Source: Bacteroidales bacterium
Lineage (GTDB): Bacteria; Bacteroidota; Bacteroidia; Bacteroidales; UBA3824
DNA: 64,000 nucleotides
Direction: 5' to 3'
Assembly (NCBI GenBank): GCA_017544805.1
Contig: JAFYDK010000056.1
Span: forward strand, 16,973-80,972
In this document: positions 58,332-64,000 of the stretch, in pieces
Position numbering within the stretch: position 1 is the stretch's first letter
Layout: every line of letters begins with the position of its first letter
Made by a program: the position numbers and the translations under genes
Notes under the pieces: model-generated
Databases searched by the model: none
Seen by the model: the letters and a program-made list of their open reading frames with translations, nothing else
What the model was told of the DNA's origin: nothing

Positions 58332-59552
58332 CTACAAGTTCTTTACGATTAACGTTGAGTTTGTTCCGCCAAAACCGAAAGAGTTAGAAAGGAACGTATC
58401 GAAATGAGCATCAATTCTTTTGCCCGGAATGTTCAGTTTTGCTGAATCTTCATCTGGGTTTTCAAAATTGAGGTTTGCTGCGATGAAGTCGTTTTTCATC
58501 ATCAAAATCGAATAAATCGTTTCTGAGGCGCCTGCCATCCACATTTCGTGTCCGGTTTGAGATTTTGTTGAAGTAACATACGGTTTGTTGTCGCCGAAAA
58601 CCTGAGCGATTGCTTTAGCCTCGTTCATATCGCCGATGTGAGTTGAAGTCGCATGAGCGTTAACGTAACCGATTGTTTTGATGTCGATACCGGCGTTTTT
58701 GATTGCTTTTTCGAGTGATTTTGCAGGGCCTTCAACATTCGGCGAAGAGATGTGGTCGCCGTTAGAAGAGAATCCCCAACCTAAGATTTCTGCAATTATC
58801 GGAGCACCGCGTTTTACGGCGTGTTCATATTCTTCGATGATGACAGTTGCCGCACCGCCGCCCGGAACAAGACCATCTCTATCTCTGTCAAAAGGTCTTG
58901 AAGCAGCAGTAGGATTATCTTCTCTTATTGAAAATGCGCTGATACCGTCAAAACTGCCTACTGCGTATGGGTTAACTTCTTGAGCACCACCGCAAACAAC
59001 CATTTCTTCCAAGCCGTTTTTGATGAGCAATGCACCTAAACCTATTGCGTGGCTTGATGAAGCACAAGCGGCTGAAATTGTCAGGTTGATGCCGCGAAGT
59101 TTAAAAATACAGCCGAGATTCATCGTAACGGTAGAGTTCATAGATTGAAAAATTCCGCCGGAACCGATTAACGTAGTGTTCTTTTTTCTGAACATTGTAT
59201 CGACGCTTTTGTAAACAGGTTCTGCACTTGAGTCATTGCCATAAAGCAGTCCAACATCGTTTTTGTCCAAATACTCTTGGTCGATGTTTGCGTTTTTCAA
59301 TGCTTCAACGGTTGCTACGTATGCGTATTTTGCTTGTTCGGGCATAAAAACACGTTGAGCGCGTGAAAGTTGCCCTTTCAAATCGGGAATGTCAAGCTTT
59401 GATGTTAAACCCGAACGGAAACCTAATTCTTTACGTTCTTGATCTAAAACGATGCCGGAAACACCGTTCCAAAGTGATTGTTTCACTTCGTCAAGGTTTT
59501 TGCCGAGGCATGAATAAATGCCCAATCCCGTAATTACTACTCTTTTTTCCAT
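58332..59552 (-). CDS. Beta-ketoacyl-ACP synthase (KAS I/II family)
   Basis: Active-site SAACASS, HATST and SQTGHEMW His motifs, and C-terminal FGFGGTN. It stands alone, not in a fab cluster. Confidence 0.85.
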   Translation of the reverse strand: MEKRVVITGLGIYSCLGKNLDEVKQSLWNGVSGIVLDQERKELGFRSGLTSKLDIPDLKGQLSRAQRVFMPEQAKYAYVATVEALKNANIDQEYLDKNDVGLLYGNDSSAEPVYKSVDTMFRKKNTTLIGSGGIFQSMNSTVTMNLGCIFKLRGINLTISAACASSSHAIGLGALLIKNGLEEMVVCGGAQEVNPYAVGSFDGISAFSIREDNPTAASRPFDRDRDGLVPGGGAATVIIEEYEHAVKRGAPIIAEILGWGFSSNGDHISSPNVEGPAKSLEKAIKNAGIDIKTIGYVNAHATSTHIGDMNEAKAIAQVFGDNKPYVTSTKSQTGHEMWMAGASETIYSILMMKNDFIAANLNFENPDEDSAKLNIPGKRIDAHFDTFLSNSFGFGGTNSTLIVKNL

Positions 59553-59589
59553 GTATTTTTACTTAAAAATGTTATCAAAATTATTTTTG

Positions 59590-59597
59590 CAAAGATA
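59590..59597 (-). promoter_or_regulatory. Bacteroidota -7 box (TAtcTTTG) for the KAS gene
   Basis: Plus-strand CAAAGATA lies 38 nt upstream of the ATG at 59552. Confidence 0.45.
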
Positions 59598-59661
59598 ATC
59601 GGATTTTTTTTTAATAACAAATTTATTTCAAAAACAGCGAAATTATACTTTTTTTATAAAG

Positions 59662-60477
59662 TTAATACTCGAAATTTTTGCCGAGGTCGTAAGTTTTGCC
59701 GTCTTCAACCTGAGTCATTTTCATAACGCCTGTTACCGTGTGTCCGTAACGGTCTGTTACTCTGACTGTCAGATTGCAGTTGTATTGGTCGAACGGACAT
59801 TGAAGTTCCCAAAACGCATTGTATTTGAAAGGTTTCATTTCGTAAAACGTTTTACCGTCTTTTGAGAGTTCTACTTTTTTGACACCATAACGACCGTTAA
59901 AAATAAAAGCCCCTAAAAACCAATTGTTTGAACCGGATTTTATTTTTAAGACGAGATTTTTATCAGTGTAATAAGGCGTTTCTCTCCATTTTACGTTTAC
60001 TTTGCCGAGACCTTTGTCTCCTGTTAAAAATTCAAAACCTTCGGGCGTGTTGTCAAACCAAGAATTATCGCCATCGGGACAAATGTCTTTTCCGATAACG
60101 CGGATAGTTTTGTCGCCATATTTAATTTCGTATGCTGAGCCGAGAATATAGTCAGGAAAAAAATAAACTCCGACAGCAACATTATAATAACCTTTTTCCA
60201 TTTCAGGCAGCGGATAAGGATAACTATCGTTGTCTGAGGGCTGACCGTAAAAAGTTATATAACCATCTTTCCAATCGGTAATTTTACCCTCAGAATTAGA
60301 AGGTTGTTCTTGATTTTCTTGGTTTTCTTGATTTTCTTGGTTTTCTTGATTTTCTTGGTTTTGGTTTTCTTGATTTTGGGTTTTAGTATTTTCATCTTCA
60401 TTTTCCTTAGAACATGACATGACAGATGTCAATAACAAAACACCCAAAATTAGTAAGATTATTTTATTCTTTTTCAT
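59662..60477 (-). CDS. Bacterial expansin-like (EXLX-type) lipoprotein with a Q/E/N-repeat linker
   Basis: Lipobox VMSC, then the linker QNQENQNQENQENQENQENQENQEQ. The D1-like segment is SAYEIKYGDKTIRVIGKDICPDG..WFDNTPEGF. The D2-like segment is GKVNVKWRETPY...LKIKSGSNNWFLGAFIFN...VELSKDGKTFYEMK...AFWEL...LTVRVTD. From memory, this aligns well with B. subtilis EXLX1 (YoaJ). Confidence 0.7.
   Translation of the reverse strand: MKKNKIILLILGVLLLTSVMSCSKENEDENTKTQNQENQNQENQENQENQENQENQEQPSNSEGKITDWKDGYITFYGQPSDNDSYPYPLPEMEKGYYNVAVGVYFFPDYILGSAYEIKYGDKTIRVIGKDICPDGDNSWFDNTPEGFEFLTGDKGLGKVNVKWRETPYYTDKNLVLKIKSGSNNWFLGAFIFNGRYGVKKVELSKDGKTFYEMKPFKYNAFWELQCPFDQYNCNLTVRVTDRYGHTVTGVMKMTQVEDGKTYDLGKNFEY
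60305..60382 (-). repeat. Coding tandem repeat (9/18-nt units) for the QEN linker
   Basis: Iterated TTCTTGATT/TTCTTGGTT units are visible on the plus strand. Confidence 0.8.
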
Positions 60478-60522
60478 TGGTATTTAATTTTAATTTCTAA
60501 CGGCACTTTACTATTTCCATAT

Positions 60523-60530
60523 TCATTTAT
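60523..60530 (-). promoter_or_regulatory. Bacteroidota -7 box (TAttTTTG) for the expansin-like gene
   Basis: Plus-strand CAAAAATA lies 46 nt upstream of the ATG at 60477. Confidence 0.45.
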
Positions 60531-60613
60531 TGCAAAAATAGAAATTATTTTTTGTTTCTACAAACATTTTTTTTTCTTGGGTTCAATGGCAATTTTTTGT
60601 TTTAAAAAAGACG

Positions 60614-60695
60614 ATTTTATAATTTATAAGTTGCCATAACTCAAAAAAAAATCGAGTTATGGCAACTTATAATTATTTATCCGTTGCCATAACTC
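60614..60695 (+). repeat. 82-bp direct repeat, left copy (hairpin plus third 13-mer)
   Basis: 81/82 identical to 62155-62236. The 19-bp inverted repeat is 60624-60642 / 60654-60672, and the extra GTTGCCATAACTC is at 60683-60695. Confidence 0.9.
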
Positions 60696-60705
60696 AAAAT
60701 TTTTG

Positions 60706-60713
60706 TATATTTG
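60706..60713 (+). promoter_or_regulatory. Bacteroidota -7 box (TAtaTTTG) for the ATPase gene
   Basis: TATATTTG lies 21 nt upstream of the ATG at 60734. Confidence 0.45.
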
Positions 60714-60733
60714 TGGCATAAAATTGTTATATT

Positions 60734-62163
60734 ATGGCAACAATAATAGCAAGAAAAAATGAGATAGAGACTCTCGAAACTCTTTATAAATCAACACGAA
60801 GCGAGTTTGTAATCATCTATGGACGGCGTCGTATAGGCAAAACTTTCCTCGTAAATCAAGTGTTTGAAAAACGTTTTACATTCAAATACACCGGCACACG
60901 GGGCGAAAGTCAGAAAGTGCAACTCGGCCGTTTTGCCAAACAACTCCAAACGTATTCTAAATCCACTTTCACGCCCGAACTCAAATCTTGGGACGATGCG
61001 TTTGAAATGCTTAAAACATTGATTGACAGCAAGAAAAAGAAAGAACGCAAAGTGATTTTCTTTGACGAAATGCCGTGGATTGATACTCCCAAAAGTAAGT
61101 TCGTGTCGGCGTTGGAATATTTTTGGAATTCGTGGGCATCGGCTCGCTCTGATATTATGTTTGTGGCGTGCGGCTCGGCTACCTCGTGGATGGTCAATAA
61201 ACTACTCAAAAACCGTGGCGGATTCTACAACCGCATCACTTCGCAGATATACCTTAGACCGTTTAACCTTGGCGAATGTGAGGAATTTTTGCAGTCGTCT
61301 GGTTGTGTTTGGGACCGCTACACGATGCTGCAATGCTATATGGCGTTGGGCGGAGTGCCGTTTTATATGAGTCTGCTCAACCACAAGCAAAGTTTTGCAC
61401 AGAATATCGACCGCTTGTTTTTTGGTAAAAATGCTGTTTTGAGCGAGGAGTTCGACGAACTTTTCAATTCGATTTTTGTGCAGTCTGACAATTATATAAA
61501 TGTTGTCAAGGCATTGTCGCAGAAGCGTGAAGGTATGCTCCGCGGTGAAATTATCGAAAAAACAAAAATCTCCGGCGGTGGTCTTTCCACAATTCTCGAC
61601 AACCTTGAACGGTGCGATTTCATAACGTCATTCTCCAAATACAAAAGCACAACGCGTAATACAGTTTACAAATATCAGATAGTTACACGCTGTTTTATTT
61701 TAAATTTACCAGCAGTAGACACGGCAAAGACGCGCATTTTTGGAGCAACAACCAAACATCGTCTGCTGTGAAAGCGTGGCTCGGATTCAGTTTTGAATCG
61801 GTGTGTCTGTCGCACGTTGAACAAATCAAAAATAAACTCGGAATCAGCGGAATATCAACTACTTGCAGCATTTGGCGCAAGACTGGCAACGATGAAAGTC
61901 AAGGCGCACAAATTGATCTTCTTATAGAACGTTCTGACCGTGTAATCAACGTTTGTGAAATAAAATATTCAGAATTAAAATACACAATATCAAAGGATTA
62001 CGCCGACAATTTGAGAAACAAGATGTCAATTTTTGCCGCCGATACTACCACCAACAAAACACTCTCTTTAGTGATGGTTACAACATACGGAATTGTTCAG
62101 GGCAAAAATTCTGGAATCGTTAATAATGAGGTAGTTATGGACGATTTGTTTGAAATTTTATAA
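60734..62163 (+). pseudogene. ATPase (Arch_ATPase/AAA plus DUF234-type C-terminus) split by a frameshift
   Basis: Walker A YGRRRIGKT and Walker B-like IFFDEMPW. The first frame stops at 61771. The second frame is open from 61660 and reads ...SDSYTLFYFKF...WLGFSFESVCLSHVEQIK..., typical of the continuous protein in intact homologues. Confidence 0.75.
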
Positions 62164-62236
62164 TTTATAAGTTGCCATAACTCAAAAAAAAAGCGAGTTA
62201 TGGCAACTTATAATTATTTATCCGTTGCCATAACTC
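62155..62236 (+). repeat. 82-bp direct repeat, right copy (hairpin plus third 13-mer)
   Basis: It begins in the last three codons of the ATPase ORF and ends 5 nt from the TolC stop. It probably also serves as a terminator for both convergent genes. Confidence 0.9.
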
Positions 62237-62241
62237 GTTTT

Positions 62242-63540
62242 TTATTCTAATTTTCCTGTTACTTTTAGATATTCGGTTTCGTAAATTTTGTATTGTGTTT
62301 GGGCTTCTATGAGGTTTGACAGCGACTGCTGCCAAAGACTCTGAGCATCAAGCAAATCAGTGAGCGTACAATATTGATTTTCATACTTTTGTGTCATACT
62401 GAAAAGACTTTGCTGAGCCTCTTGAAACCCAAGTTGCGCCGTCAAAAACATCGAATAACCGTCTGAAATATTCTGAACCGCTTGCTTAACTTCTATCGAC
62501 ATCAAACGTGTGTTTTTTTCAAGGTCAAGTTTTGAATCTTCAAGTTCTAAACGTGCCTTTTTAACGTTCCTACTGTTTTGACCCCAATGCCAAAGCGGTA
62601 TTTGCGCCGTTAACATAACCATCGTCATACCTTGGTTAAACTTCTGATTATAAGGATAATAATTGCCGTCGGGACCTTGGGCGTTACCTTCCATTTTGAT
62701 ATTTCCAGCGTATGTGTAACCCGCCGAAAGCGCAATAAGCGGAAGACTTTCTGAACGTTGCATTTTGATTTCTCGCTCTTTTACTTCTACTTGTTTTTCA
62801 AGCAGTTGGATTTCGGGACGCAAAGACAAATCCTCGCTTAAACTCTCCGGCGGATTAATCGAAAGAATAGTGTCAGCAGGGATAATTTCCTCGTTTAAAT
62901 CGGCTCCAATATAATTTGCCAACGCCATTGTACAAAGCGAAAGTCCGTTTTGGGCTTTTTTCAGATTGTATTCTATTTCGCTTTTTTTCGAGTTGATCCT
63001 CAATAAGTCCAAATCTGTTGACATATTGGCCTCAATACTCGTTTTTATCACATCTTCAAGATGTTGCATTTGCTTTTGATATGCTTCCAAGAGCTTAACT
63101 TTTGCGCTGACTGCAATGCACGAATAATATGCGTTGTCTACATTAGATAAAACTTCCATCTTTGTTTGTCGGGATTGAATTTCTGAAACTTCCTTGCCCG
63201 CTTGTGCCATTTTGATTCCGTTGGAAATTTTGCCACCCGTGTAGAGCGGTTGCGTAAGCGTAATGCCGGCGGTGTAAACTCCTTTCAAAACAAGGTCTGA
63301 ACCCATTACGTCAATATTTGGAAACATAAAAATAAGATTTCCGCTCGCATCCAACGATGGCAAAAGTGATGACTTCGCGTTTTTGAGCGTGTAGTCGGAT
63401 TCAACGAGTTTATTCGCTGACTTTTTGATGTCTTCTGCGTTTTGTAATGCCAAAGTTCTACACGAATCAAGTGTGAGAACACGTTGAGCATTTGCTGTTA
63501 TCGTGCTTAAAATCAATATTATAATTAAAATTTTTCTCAT
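62242..63540 (-). CDS. TolC-family outer-membrane efflux protein
   Basis: Has a signal peptide and the two-repeat helical/beta architecture (LTLDSC..LALQN, YTAGITLTQPLYTGG, ...YKIYETEYLKVTG). It lies downstream of an RND permease gene. Confidence 0.85.
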   Translation of the reverse strand: MRKILIIILILSTITANAQRVLTLDSCRTLALQNAEDIKKSANKLVESDYTLKNAKSSLLPSLDASGNLIFMFPNIDVMGSDLVLKGVYTAGITLTQPLYTGGKISNGIKMAQAGKEVSEIQSRQTKMEVLSNVDNAYYSCIAVSAKVKLLEAYQKQMQHLEDVIKTSIEANMSTDLDLLRINSKKSEIEYNLKKAQNGLSLCTMALANYIGADLNEEIIPADTILSINPPESLSEDLSLRPEIQLLEKQVEVKEREIKMQRSESLPLIALSAGYTYAGNIKMEGNAQGPDGNYYPYNQKFNQGMTMVMLTAQIPLWHWGQNSRNVKKARLELEDSKLDLEKNTRLMSIEVKQAVQNISDGYSMFLTAQLGFQEAQQSLFSMTQKYENQYCTLTDLLDAQSLWQQSLSNLIEAQTQYKIYETEYLKVTGKLE

Positions 63541-63570
63541 TATTTTCGCTGTTTTTTTATGGTATATATT

Positions 63571-64000
63571 TTACTTTTTAACCCCGAAAAGTGCGGAGTA
63601 GAACACTGGCAAAAGTACAAGCGTAATTATTGTCCCGACAGCAAGTCCAAACATTATCGCTATCGCCATAGAATTATACATCGCGTCCGAGATAAGCGGT
63701 ATCATTCCGAGAATCGTTGTTAGCGAGGCCATTACGACAGGTCGTGTGCGGCTAACGGCAGCAGTTACAACGGCATTGAAATCGCTCATTTTTTCATCGT
63801 TTTTCAATCGGCCAATTTCGTCAACAAGTACAATAGAATTTTTTACCATCATGCCCATTAGACCCATAAGTCCGATTATCGCAACAAATGTGAACGGTAT
63901 TTTCATCAGCAACAACGCCGGAACAATGCCGCAAATCACAAACGGAAAACACATTATCACCAAAATAACTTTCCGCCATGAATTGAAAAGCAAAAGCAAA
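63571..64000 (-). CDS. RND efflux transporter permease, C-terminal end only (runs off the window)
   Basis: IGLMGLMGMMVKNSIVLVDE and SRTRPVVMASLTTILGMIPL are typical of the AcrB/MexB C-terminus. Confidence 0.85.
   Translation of the reverse strand, partial: LLLLFNSWRKVILVIMCFPFVICGIVPALLLMKIPFTFVAIIGLMGLMGMMVKNSIVLVDEIGRLKNDEKMSDFNAVVTAAVSRTRPVVMASLTTILGMIPLISDAMYNSMAIAIMFGLAVGTIITLVLLPVFYSALFGVKK

Noticed and set aside
60305-60382. Short tandem repeats that could be mistaken for a CRISPR-like or minisatellite array (also 28210-28266)
   Set aside because: The units are 6-18 nt with no spacers. They lie in frame inside ORFs and encode QEN and HGN low-complexity linkers, so they are not CRISPR repeats.
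60614-60695. Interpreting the 82-bp repeats as bona fide integron attC sites
   Set aside because: No intI gene or attI is in the window, and I cannot recognise the canonical R''/L''...L'/R' core pairs (GTTRRRY) with extrahelical bases. I kept this only as an analogy in the cassette finding.

Overview
This 64-kb, low-GC window looks like chromosomal DNA from a Bacteroidota (Bacteroidales-like) organism. Three things point that way: recurrent TAnnTTTG -7 promoter boxes 20-120 nt upstream of start codons, a T9SS-type C-terminal sorting tail, and many lipoprotein or SpII-like signal peptides. Most of the window is tightly packed housekeeping: hrpB (5'-truncated), pyrF, ahcY, xth, rsgA, rnr, gpmI, rpsT, atpDC, truA, dacB, rlmI, ispG, hflX, an S41 protease, dCMP deaminase, an acyl-CoA ligase, a KAS enzyme, tRNA-Glu(UUC), and TolC plus the 3' end of an RND pump. 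Plant-cell-wall functions are scattered through it: two tandem GH43 genes, a two-domain esterase and a bacterial expansin-like lipoprotein. I saw no rRNA, CRISPR array, transposase, integrase, reverse transcriptase or recognisable defence gene. Six things stand out. (1) A compositionally distinct, frameshifted DUF234-type ATPase gene is bracketed by two near-identical 82-bp direct repeats, each with a 19-bp perfect hairpin and a third copy of the same 13-mer (60.6-62.2 kb), which looks cassette-like. (2) A translationally coupled minus-strand operon runs OM beta-barrel, lipoprotein, membrane-anchored PP2C/SpoIIE phosphatase (17.6-21.3 kb). (3) An orphan SiaC-like DUF1987 partner-switch protein sits next to an 864-aa protein of unknown function (53.5-56.6 kb). 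(4) A metal-uptake-like locus has a TonB-dependent receptor broken by a -1 shift exactly at an in-frame T TTA AAG heptamer. It is preceded by an unusual small HTH plus membrane CxxC gene pair and followed by a His-rich lipoprotein (32.1-35.5 kb). (5) An unknown polytopic membrane protein is coupled to an orphan histidine kinase. (6) An orphan intrinsic terminator lies in a divergent intergenic region. None of these can be shown to be novel without database searches. All family assignments come from motif recognition by eye.
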